Below, piece after piece: positions 1 to 11,000 of a stretch of DNA of 64,000 bases (the first letter of the stretch is position 1; the number at the start of each line of letters is the position of its first letter). The DNA is taken from assembly GCA_965178125.1 (NCBI GenBank), contig OZ237755.1, positions 1 through 64,000 on the forward strand, read 5' to 3'. Below the pieces are notes generated by a model. It was not told the DNA's origin and made no database searches. It saw only the letters and a list, made by a program, of their open reading frames with translations. This stretch comes from Bilabrum cf. latius (lineage: Eukaryota). Position numbers and translations under genes: made by a program.

Positions 1-674
1 CCCTAACCCTAACCCTAACCCTAACCCTAACCCTAACCCTAACCCTAACCCTAACCCTAACCCTAACCCTAACCCTAACCCTAACCCTAACCCTAACCCT
101 AACCCTAACCCTAACCCTAACCCTAACCCTAACCCTAACCCTAACCCTAACCCTAACCCTAACCCTAACCCTAACCCTAACCCTAACCCTAACCCTAACC
201 CTAACCCTAACCCTAACCCTAACCCTAACCCTAACCCTAACCCTAACCCTAACCCTAACCCTAACCCTAACCCTAACCCTAACCCTAACCCTAACCCTAA
301 CCCTAACCCTAACCCTAACCCTAACCCTAACCCTAACCCTAACCCTAACCCTAACCCTAACCCTAACCCTAACCCTAACCCTAACCCTAACCCTAACCCT
401 AACCCTAACCCTAACCCTAACCCTAACCCTAACCCTAACCCTAACCCTAACCCTAACCCTAACCCTAACCCTAACCCTAACCCTAACCCTAACCCTAACC
501 CTAACCCTAACCCTAACCCTAACCCTAACCCTAACCCTAACCCTAACCCTAACCCTAACCCTAACCCTAACCCTAACCCTAACCCTAACCCTAACCCTAA
601 CCCTAACCCTAACCCTAACCCTAACCCTAACCCTAACCCTAACCCTAACCCTAACCCTAACCCTAACCCTAACC
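1..674. repeat. Telomeric repeat (CCCTAA)n = (TTAGGG)n, 112 copies; chromosome end
   Basis: Perfect CCCTAA hexamers from base 1 to 672, plus CC; C-rich strand at the 5' end as expected for a left telomere. Confidence 0.99.
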
Positions 675-1270
675 TTGCTGTGCTGGGGCAGGCAGGTTGG
701 GTGTGCGGGCGATGGATGGGCCCATGGTGGCTGTGCTGGGGCAGGCAGGTTGGGTGTGCGGGCGATGGATGGGCCCATGGTGGCTGTGCTGGGGCAGGCA
801 GGTTGGGTGTGCGGGCGATGGATGGGCCCATGGTGGCTGTGCTGGGGCAGGCAGGTTGGGTGTGCGGGCGATGGATGGGCCCATGGTGGCTGTGCTGGGG
901 CAGGCAGGTTGGGTGTGCGGGCGATGGATGGGCCCATGGTGGCTGTGCTGGGGCAGGCAGGTTGGGTGTGCGGGCGATGGATGGGCCCATGGTGGCTGTG
1001 CTGGGGCAGGCATGTTGGGTGTGCGGGCGATGGATGGGCCCATGGTGGCTGTGCTGGGGCAGGCATGTTGGGTGTGCGGGCGATGGATGGGCCCATGGTG
1101 GCTGTGCTGGGGCAGGCAGGTTGGGTGTGCGGGCGATGGATGGGCCCATGGTTGCTGTGCTGGGGCAGGCAGGTTGGGTGTGCGGGCGATGGATGGGCCC
1201 ATGGTGGCTGTGCTGGGGCAGGCAGGTTGGGTGTGCGGGCGATGGATGGGCCCATGGTTGCTGTGCTGGT
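675..1270. repeat. Subtelomeric 53-bp tandem repeat, 11 full copies plus partials
   Basis: Unit TGCTGGGGCAGGCAGGTTGGGTGTGCGGGCGATGGATGGGCCCATGGTGGCTG starts at 681, 734, 787 ... 1211, with a degenerate start at 1264; only two recurring single-base variants. Confidence 0.97.
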
Positions 1271-1500
1271 GCCAGCAGGTCTGACGAGCAGGGACAATCC
1301 TCAATTTGTAGGGGTAATCGGTAAGTAGTAGCGGTACTGGGGCATATAATAGTGGCAAGAATAGGCCATGGATGGGGCAACTGGGTAATTGAAAGCTATA
1401 AGAATGTTCTTGCTGCAATTTGGTTTCAGAGGTACGGCCTTCCTTGAGGGCTAAACAGCGGATTGCACACATATCGTCCTGAAGAGCGAGAGTACGTGTC

Positions 1501-2970
1501 TTACATTCGATGCTCGATCATGTGTGGCTAATATCCCGGCCGCGTATCAAGCTTAACCTCTGTACTATGTTCAGGGTCAGACGATCCATGATGGTCTCCG
1601 TTCAAGCTTTCCTCGACAAGAGGTCTGCTCATGCCGTCGAGATCGACGGCTTCATCTTGGTCATGCTCCCTGCCCGCATTGTTTGAGGTAGTAGGCTGCT
1701 GTCCGAAGCATGATAGAGCTCGATCAGCTGCAAACATGATCGAATTGAGGGTCATTACCAGCAGAAGTGTTCCTGTGGCAAGTAGTCCACCGGCTCTTGT
1801 TGCTCCTCCTCGAATCAGGTCCCACGCGGTTGGTTCATCATTGAACGTGCAGCTCAGAGGTTTGCAAGCTGACACTAGGTCCGCGTACGATGGCAGCGAT
1901 ACATTCTGGTAAGAAGGTAGCCCCCCTCGATATTCTGATAGCGGGCGAGCGTCCGTTGGTAGTGGTAGTTTGCCAGGAAAATTGTCGAAAAACGCTCGTA
2001 TAGATTCAGACGGTGAGGGCGCCGACCAGACGCCGCTGGACGCTTGCACCCGGCCGAAGTCCCGTGCGATCTAATTCACGTCAGCAGATGGTGACCACTA
2101 TACAGCAGTGTTCAGATACGCGGGATCCGTCAAGTTCGAGAAGCTCGGCATGAGTGCGGGGCTCGTTGCCATGGCGTCCGCCAAGTGCCCTACATACGCT
2201 TCAAGCTGTGGAGTGTACTGGGAGTACATCGTCTTCTCTTCCGGTAGCTGTGAGAACCGTAGCTTCAGTGAGTCCAATGATTGCAGAACCCCTGCCGCAA
2301 TTTGATCAGATGCGGCACTGAGTAGCGCAAACTTGAGCGCTTCGATGCCACCATGCGCGCTGCGAACGGATGTCGCGTTCCAATAGCTCCCCCAAGTCAC
2401 TGCCGCGATGTTTGGGATGCTTCCTCCCAAGAACTGGTCAACGAAGAACGGCACGGAGATGTTTGTGTACAGGATCCCTTGTGCGATGTCTTTTGCAGGA
2501 TTCTGTGCGTGGCAATTCAGCCACAGCTTGTAGCCACCCTCAAAGTTGAGCGCAGGTAGAGGAGCCAGAAGACCTTGCGGATTTTTCATATTCTCCCCTC
2601 GAGCAAATTTCGCAACAATGCACTGAGAAGGGTCTGGTCGGAAAGCGATCGTCGCAGTCTGTTGACACGGACAGAAAAAAGTACTTGCAGCTCTTGCTCT
2701 TGTAGCCACTGTGTCCGCATCCATACCACCTCCATGCAATGGTTCTTCAATATGTGTCGTGGACAGTGGACGCTCTGTGAGGGTACTAGCAGTGCTATAC
2801 AAGAAAATTGCGACGACCATCATGATGTATGCAGCCGCGGTTATGACTCCTTTCACGATGGCTTTCTGGCTGGATGTGTCAACCCGAAACGGCAGCAATG
2901 GCTCAAAAAATACCAGTAGAGCAGAAAGAGAGCAGCAATTCTTCTGTTTGTCATCGATTTGCTACTTCAT
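1501..2970 (-). CDS. Hypothetical membrane protein, ~489 aa (TAG=Gln)
   Basis: ORFs 2098..2898 and 1528..2049 share a frame and are separated only by TAGs (2962, 2098, 2071, 1528). ATG at 2970, TAA at 1501. Hydrophobic segments near both ends; no family recognised. Confidence 0.7.
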
Positions 2971-3212
2971 TCTTGTGAAGTTGTCGATTGGTCCAGTGGT
3001 ACGAAGTCGGTAAATCTCGTATTCAAGTTGAGATAATCACACACAACTTGTTTTCCGGTATCCTTGCGGTCGGCTTGATGAGAGAGTTGCCCTTGCGCTA
3101 CTCCCGGATCCGCCGCATTGTCTATATTTCTGGGTGCATCGTTAGGGGCCCCTACTGAAGTCCATTAGCTCCGATATCGGCTACCTGCTCCTCTGTGGCA
3201 CCACCCGCAAAC

Positions 3213-3965
3213 TCAGCAGCACGAGCTTGCGAGAGCTTTTGCCACATCATAAAAGATGAGCCTGGACTCCCAATATTGCGTCGCTGCTTTCGCAATCTAG
3301 CGTTCGCGTTTCCGCACAGTTGCTACCACTCCTCCCTGCTTGCCTCTTGCCTTCCGTATCTCGGCTAGTCGCTTCAGTACTCCTCTGCTCTGCTTTGCTA
3401 CACGTTCAGTGTGGAGGAACACGAGGTCTAGAATCTAGATAGAGATATCCAGATCAACTGAAAAGCGCACGTTATCACGAAAGCACCTAGACAATTCTGG
3501 AACGAAGGGCCTGGTCGGGACCCACCGAACTTCGCGCTTCAGGTGCAATAGCATGCTAATAAGCCATTTGAGCTCCAACCTGAGGACCCATTTCTCCCTG
3601 GTGGGCGTCAACGTGTTCGTTCCCTCCAGCGATCGCTCCAGCACCCCATCGTGCTGCCCCTTCTGGTCCAACCCGGCCTTGACATTAGCTACTGCCATTG
3701 CGAGGTTGTTGGTTTCGACTGCCCCTACAGCCAGGCTGGCAAAGAACTCCCGGCCTGTCCTGACGAGCGTCCATATGGCCTTCGCTGCAGCCCTCCTCGA
3801 ACTCTTCGAGACAAAGTCGAGGATCCTTGAGTGGTCCTGCATGACCCGTGCGTACATAGCGTGGTACACGATACTCCCCGCGAACTTGCTAATACTAGGC
3901 GGCGACGGGACAGCCGTGGCGTGGCCGTCCCGGCGTGGGGGTTCCGGTTTGGCCCACTGGATCAC
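3213..3965 (-). CDS. Possible hypothetical protein (start uncertain)
   Basis: ORF 3435..3965 extends through two TAGs to TGA at 3213. No clear ATG or recognisable motif, and a competing + strand ORF (3553..4074) overlaps it. Confidence 0.3.
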
Positions 3966-4057
3966 ACTGTGGCACCGCTACGTGCCACCGTACCAGCTCA
4001 CCGAAAATGAGCGGGATACACTCGTTCCTGAGTTAATCTTAGAGCGGTTTAGTGAAC

Positions 4058-7000
4058 ATGTTGGGACCGCGTGATGAAGCCTACCCGACAGTCCTGGAAT
4101 CGAGCCAGCCGTCTAGTCAAGTCTGCGGCTCATGCGGCTGCCTCAATCCGTACGCGACCCGTGCTATTCGACTGACGTACCGAGGTTGTTTGCGCTGTGG
4201 CAAGGAGCTTAGGACACCGGTCGAGTACTTTGGTTGCGTTCCAAGAGCGTAGGCGTGCCGCAGCTCATCCGGGCTGCGTCTGATCAAAGGAACGGTTGAG
4301 CGGTACGATGATCCAACTCAAGCAGTTGATATTACAGAACCACTTCAAAGGGTAATCTAGGGTCGAGGTGGGGTATCTCTCGAGATTGGTTTGACGGTAA
4401 ATGTGGTAGAGCTTGGTGGCCGAGACCCAGCGGTAGGGATCGGTAAAGTGATGAGATTGGACATGCTTGTCCGGAGCAAGCGCCTAGAATTCGTTCTACG
4501 GATTGTTGGGACTCATCTCGAACGACCCTTTTTCGTTTCGGCAGCAATAGATTCGTCGCTTGTGGCTGCCAACCAGGGCGGAGCTGCTGCAGATCGGGCC
4601 CCAGCAAGTGCAGCCAGGCAGTTGGAGCTGCGACCAGCAGGCGGCGACCCAGATACATGGGCCCCGTCGGCCGGAGCCACACCCGCTCACGATGAATCGC
4701 CAGAATCTGAGATGAGTGCCCCAAGCCCCGGGTACGGCCGGCACATCCTCTTGCTTGCAGCCTCGCTGGGTGACCCCCTGCGGCCGGACCGCGCCTCGGA
4801 CATCACTGCATTGCTGCAAGCAAAGGTGGATGCAGCGCCAGCTGGAGACGTGCTCGAGATTTCAGCCACAAGGGACCTCAGCGGCTGGCTTGCGAACGTG
4901 TGCAGGGGCCAGCGCATGCGACTGGCGGTCAGGTACATGGTGTGGGGGATTGATGCGGAGGCCGTCCGGGACACTGTCCCGTGCCGTAGCTACGGACCAG
5001 ATGTAGGGGATGCTGCCAGCCCCTCAACGGCCGGTGCCATGGGGTTCCGTCTGGAGGCTGGGCTGCGGATTCAGGCGCCAGCAGCAGCTCCCGCGCTCAG
5101 GGTGCACTCGGCTGTGTGGGGCCATGTGCATAATGCCGCTGCACAGACAGACGTTGCTCTTCGGCTGCGGTCTATGTCCTTCGAGTGCGAACCGATGGTG
5201 TGGGCGGCCGTAGGACATCCTGGCGCGCTCCCTAGGCCCGTGCGGAGACGAATTCGGCGGCGGAGGGCGCTGCTGCGTCGGTTCCGCGGGCTGGCGAGGA
5301 CGGCTGGGAAGGAGGAGGAGGCGGCAGCGGTGGGTAGGCAGCTGGCGGAAGCCGCACGAACTGTGGCCTCTGAGCCCAGCCGGTACACGGATGGATTTAC
5401 GGGACTAGGAGTACCTGATGTGGGTGGAGCCGCGGGTTCTGAGCTGTCTGCCGCTCCTGGGGATTCCTCCGATTCTGACTACGCTGAGATAGACGATGTG
5501 AACGAAGAAGTTGCACTTGCAACCAGTGGATCCCTTGATAGTACCACTGGTGCAGCTGCTGGGGCCAAAGACGGTGTGCGAGAACTTGAGAGGAGTGACG
5601 GCGGCGAAGGTCACTCGGCTGGTGTGGGCGAGGCATCAGCAGGCTCTACTCAGGTGTCTGACCCCTCCTCCAGCCACGGAGGGGGCATAAAGGTAGCATC
5701 GGCATCAGAGGCAGCGCATGCCAAACTACGTGCCTTCGAGAAGCCCTCCACAGTCCCACTCGAGGCTCCGGGGGGCGCAGGGCCGTCAGTCCCGCTAGAT
5801 GGGAGGGACCTGCTGCTCGGGATCGTGCCGCCCCCAAGATCGGGGGAAGCTCACCCGGCCGTGCCACTGCCCGCGCTCGCCCCTGGCCAGTCCGAGTTCA
5901 GGGAGCCCTCCGATGGCAGATGGATGTGCCTGCGGCGCGGATGGGACCTGGGGGACGTGCTGGGCGACCCTTGCCCTGGGCAGGCAAAGGTGCTCAGGGC
6001 TGCCTGGGAGGTGATGCCCTGCGCGCATCACGTGCACGCCAAGGAGCGCAATGGGCGACTACTGCACGCATTCAGGATCTCGGGGCCCGTGGTGGCACCA
6101 CGGGTGGCACTCACGCGGGCCCTGTGGTCTCACGGGAGTGGAGCCAGTCCACCGGTGGATGTCACCATTCCACTCAGGCGCAGGACGGATCAGCTAGGGG
6201 GCACTCGGGTCATGGTGCTGCCGCAAGAAAACGTATATGAACTCCTTGGGCTTGATAGGCACGGTAAACCGAACAAGCGTGCTGAGGCAGGGCACACCGG
6301 CGATATGAAAGGCGGACAGACGACGGTTGGCCGTGGAGGACAGTTAGATGGTTCTTCGGTGGCAGTAACAGACAAACCAGACAGCGCCGGTGCTGATCCG
6401 GGGGCGACCCCCTCTCCCGCTCCATCCTCTCGTTCCAGCAAGGAAGGGTCAGCTGGAGAGACAGGGCCTGGCAGCCCTCGCGCATCTAAGCGCCTGCCGC
6501 GGGGTGCTGCTGCACGCCTGGGCCTTGGCACAGCCGGGATGCAGCAGCTGCGCACGGTAGACCCCTTCGGCGCCGAGGGCGTCATGGCCAGGCGCATGGC
6601 TGCCAAGGGGGGCTCTGGGGGAGCAGCGACTGGGTACAGGCACGCACTGGACGTGCAGATGCTGGTTGATGGTGTGCGCCGCTCCGAGCTCCGCTTGGTG
6701 GACATGCTGGCAAGCACGCTGCAGGCCTCTGGCGAGCAGGCCCGGCTGCAGGCACGGTCTACTGGGCAGCCGATGCTGGACGGGGCTGGGGGAGAGGGCA
6801 TCATGATTGATGCAGGCGAGCTGTCTGGCCCTGGGGGACAGCCTGCTGTTCGCATCGATCGCGCCATGTGGGGCCACCCTCTCGACCCCTCCCAGCGGGC
6901 AGACGTTCGGAGCAGGCTGCAGTCCGCCATGCAGCGCACGAGGGACGGGACTAGGCTCGACTGGCCGCGCGGCACGCCAATAGACGATGTACTTGGTGAT

Positions 7001-7204
7001 CCCTGTCCGGGTACGTGGCGGGAGCTGCACGTTCGCTGGACGTCCGAGCACATCCAAGGCTCGCTGTACGTCCCCAATATCCGCTCAGGCACGCCGCTCG
7101 GGTTCGATATCCGTCTAGGGTGGCCACCTCATGACGAAATTCAAGACGGAGCTCGCAGGTCTGCATCGTGTCTCAGGCACATGCGACATCTGCTGCAGTC
7201 CTGA
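4058..7204 (+). CDS. Protein with an N-terminal CxxC..CxxC zinc ribbon and repeated DUF3395-like (GDPCPG..K.L) modules
   Basis: ORFs 4052..4252 and 4391..7204 join in frame through TAG 4250 and 4358. Repeated motifs DITEPLQ..RDPAVG, DITALLQ, LGDPCPGQAKVL, LGDPCPGTWREL. Ends TGA. Confidence 0.75.
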
Positions 7205-7241
7205 GATCGCAGTGATGTCTTGGGTTGAAGCCTAACCGTCG

Positions 7242-7505
7242 TCATTGTGTTTCTGTTTCGGCCTCTGAGCCGACTCCGTACCTCTTCTTGATGGATCGAT
7301 ACTTTTTGAGCTATATCACACCAATAAGCTCTTTCACCATGTATCTTCCCTTCGCCACAGCACGATTGATCTCCTCATCCTTCTGAAGGTTCCTATTCGC
7401 AATGAACGCCTTCTTCGCCTTCTCTCTAACGTAGCCGAGGCCTTTCGGGTAGTCCTTCCCTACGACAAGGAATCGTTTGTACAAGTCCCGGACAGTTGCC
7501 TTCAT
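7242..7505 (-). CDS. LYRM5: LYR-motif protein, LYRM5/ETFRF1-like
   Basis: LYKRFLVVGKDYP...F..N motif. After TAG 7311 it continues as (Q)LKKYRSIKKRY, matching the family C-terminal L.KYR.MK.RY, and ends TGA 7242. Confidence 0.85.
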
Positions 7506-7660
7506 GCTTGGTGTTTGGCTGTGTTTTGTCCACGGAAAAGTAATTACGTCGATGAGGAACGTTCACTTCACCGATAAAAGCAGATTTCAGATTTTGCTGC
7601 CTAATATCCCTGTGGAGCAAGCTAGCTGCATTTATTGCGCATCATCTGAATAAATATCGT

Positions 7661-7993
7661 ATGAGCTCTCAAGCTTCGATGGATAGCTGCCAGCAGGCTG
7701 TCCTCGGGGAGTTCAGACCCGAGCGGCATCTAAGGATTCACCTCAGGGCCATTGGTGGTGCCCCACAGCTGAAGAAAGCTCGATTCAGAGTGCCGGTATC
7801 GGAAACTTGGTCAAAAATATTACAAGTTCTGCGCAGAAGCCTGAAGCTAAAAGACACGGACAAGCTGTACGCGTATTTGTGGAGCGCTTTTTCGCCGGAA
7901 CCGAACCTGACGTTTGGTGGATTGTCGCAGTATGCCGTAGGAGGCGAGCTGGTCGTATCGTATTCATTGACTGCTTCGTACAAGGCAAGGTGA
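7661..7993 (+). CDS. ATG12: Ubiquitin-like autophagy protein ATG12
   Basis: HLRAIGGAPQLKKARFRV, LYAYLWSAFSPEP and GELVVSYSLT motifs. The C-terminus (SYKAR) lacks the usual terminal Gly, so the 3' end may differ from this model. Confidence 0.8.
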   Translation: MSSQASMDSCQQAVLGEFRPERHLRIHLRAIGGAPQLKKARFRVPVSETWSKILQVLRRSLKLKDTDKLYAYLWSAFSPEPNLTFGGLSQYAVGGELVVSYSLTASYKAR

Positions 7994-8017
7994 AACTGCC
8001 AGCTCACAGCTGACGCT

Positions 8018-11000
8018 TCACACACCGAGGTCGCTCCATTTGCAGCGACTTATTTGCGAGAATGGCCTGCCCCCGGCCTCCTCTGCGACTCGGGATAGGC
8101 GGTAGAAATTCTCAGGTGCATGGCCAGCAGCACCAGTCGCAGTCAGCTCTCGCGACAACGCCGTGATGAAATCCTCGTCGTGAGTGATGATGACCAGCTG
8201 GAGGTTGGGCTGGCTGCCCCTGGCGGCGAGCAGTCTCGCGATGGCCTTGGCGAGGGCTTCTCTGTTCTCCGAGTCCAGGTTGGTGGTGGGCTCGTCCAGC
8301 GTGATCAGCCCGCTGTTGGATGCAAGGCACTGCGCGAGGGCCATCCGGATCACCAGAGAGGCCAGCACGCGCTGGCCGGCGCTGCACCTGCCCCGCATGT
8401 CGGTGACACCTCCGCTAGCACTGCTGGAAGCCCCCGCCTTGCGCATCACCACGCGGTAGTTGTAGGACCGGGTGCCCCGCGCGCCCCCTGCAGCGGATGC
8501 GCCGGCCCCAGACACGTCGGAGGTGATCTCGATGCTCTCAATGTCGTTGCCCCGGTACACCTGTTGCCAGAGCGAGCGGATCACCACGTTCACCTCGGCG
8601 ATGCGCTGCTGGTGGAATCGCATCAGGGCTCGGTCCAGGTTGCGGTGGTAGGTGTCCAGGTCACCAGCGGCAAGCTTGTGGATCTCACTGGCAGTCTTAT
8701 TACGGAAGAAAGCAAGCTTCACCTTCTCGTAGTCCCTCAGCCTGTCGTCCAAATCACGCACCCGGCGCTGCATCTCGCGGCTGCGTCCCTCCAAAGATGC
8801 GACCAACCGGTCCAGCCCTCTCTGCCTGACCTGTAGCCTAGCCATGCGAGACGAGATGTCAGATCCTTGCGGGGCCGCGTCCAGCGCTTCATCGTCGGCG
8901 TGCACATTCCTTGCTGGTTCGATCTCGCCGGCTGTCCTCCGCCTCTTGCTGCCGATCCTCTCCGTCCCTGTCTCATCCATGTCTTCATCGTCTCCTTCTT
9001 CGCCTGCCATAGGCCCACCACTTGAGGCGCTTGCTGCCTCCTCCATGATGGCCGAGTCGTGCTGAATCGTAGAGGCGGCCGCTCGCAAATCCGTGTCTCG
9101 CTCGTCCTCCTCGGGTCGATCTGAGCGATGCCGACCGTCGCCACCAGCCCCGGAGGAAGGTCCTCCCGTCATTGGAGCGTGCCCTTTTTCAGCCTCCTCT
9201 GCTATGCGCTGCGCCTCCTCCGACTCCCTCTCAAGCTTCTCGACTTCCTTCTCCAGCTCCTCTCGAGCACTCTCCAGGTCATGCAGGTGCTTGACCTTGT
9301 CCAGCACGACCTGCATCCGGCGCAGCTCGTCCAGCTCTGCACGACAGGCCGAAATCCTGGACGTGACCTCTTGCTCCAGCTGCCTCGAATCGTCCAGCTT
9401 CGCCTGATTATCATCACGCTCCTAGCGACGCACCTTTGACATGCTGCGAGGCCGTGGGAGGGCATCGTTGCCGAGCTGCTGCCACTCACGACGTAGGAGG
9501 TCCCAGCCCCGGTGCACCTTGTCATACTCCACCCGAACACGATATACTGCGTCCTGCTGCACTTGCTTGGCGTCCTTGAGCTTGTCCATGCTCTATTTGT
9601 ACTCGGACCTGGCTGATTCCAGGTCCAAGTCTGCTCGAGCCGTGCGGAGCGCATCAAGCTTGCTCACCACCTCAGCCACTTGGTCCGCCAGGTGCTGCTT
9701 CTAAAGCTGAAGCTTGCGACCTTGCTCCGACTTGTCGCGGAGCTGCTCCAGGTCCTGACGCAGACGCTCCTCGCGCTCTGCAAACTCCCTTCGATTGGAC
9801 TGCGCCTACTCGAGCTGGGACTGCGCAACGGAAATGTTCTTCTTGACCTCGCCATAGTCAGACCGTAGATCCTTTAGCGACTTGTCCTTCATGTCCTGGG
9901 GAAAAAATCCGGTCACAGATGAGGCCCCGCTGCTGGCAGATGCAGCATCGTTGGCACCAAGACGATCTACCAGAGCTTCAAATGCTCGCTTCTTGGACTC
10001 TGAGTCTCGCGCCAGCTGGTTGGCCTTCACTGCCAGATCCATGGCACGGTTCAAGTCTGAACTGCAGCTTGATGCTGCTCTGTGCGAGTCCTAGGAGCTC
10101 ACGTAGGCCTGCTCAGCTTGAGTCAATTCACTCGCAGCCTTCGATACCGCATCCTTTGCCTTCCGGGCAGCGCGTACCACACTTCCAGCCTAAGACCGCA
10201 GCTTGCACGACCTCGAGAGCACTTCTGTCAAAACTGGTAGTTCTTGCAGGGCTGCCTTAGCCTCACCTGCTTCGGTCTCATCTGCACTGATTGAAGCGAT
10301 CTGGTCCTTGATGGCCTTAACAAACCCGCGAGGCGGTCGCCTTGCCAGCTCGCCCGCCCCCGCTTGTGTGCACGCAGCGCAGGCACCGCTGCCGGACTGC
10401 ATCGAGCGTAGAGCATCCCAGGCAACTGACGCGACCTCACCTGCCATATCTGTCGACAGGACAGCCTTAGAGGCCTTTTGGTCCAGCACTCTCGTTGCTC
10501 GTGGCAAGAGGTCCAGCATCAGCTCCGGTGCTATGCTGAACTTCCATACTGGTGGCAACGGATCCAATTCCGAGCGAGCGCTAGGGGCCACCGCTACCCC
10601 GCCTGCACCGCCTTTTGCTTCGCTTGACACGCTCTCAAAAACACCACGCAGCAGGCGGTGCTTGTCCAGATACCTTTGCGCTGCATTGAGCGAGCTAGCA
10701 ACTTGGCCACGGATGGAGTCAGCCTCTGTCTCGGCCGAAGATGCGAGTCGAATTGATTCATTCGATGTTGCGCGAGCACCGGCCTTGCTCCGTTCGGCCC
10801 GGGCTATCTCCTTGGTGAGGCGGGCAATCTCTGCCTCAAGCTGGTGGCGAAGTTCCTCGACTGGATGCATATCAAAAGCACTCCCACTGCCGTCTGCAGG
10901 TGTAGTAGCTCTCTCCAGTAACCTCTCAACGTCCGGCCCTAGCACGTCCGTAGCTTGCCTTGTGCACTCAGTGAGCACTTGTACCGCCTCATTAGAGGCC

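Noticed and set aside
675-1270. 53-bp array as a CRISPR array, or the ORFs 669..1472, 675..1328, 680..1324 and 697..1284 as genes
   Set aside because: Units are head-to-tail with no unique spacers and no cas genes, in a eukaryotic telomeric context. The ORFs arise only because the unit lacks stop codons.
4052-4252. SSQVCGSCG...CLRCG as a TnpB/Fanzor zinc-finger remnant
   Set aside because: No RuvC motifs (no DRD.NAA.NI after the ribbon) and no element ends. It reads in frame through TAG into the downstream 4391..7204 ORF as that protein's N-terminus.
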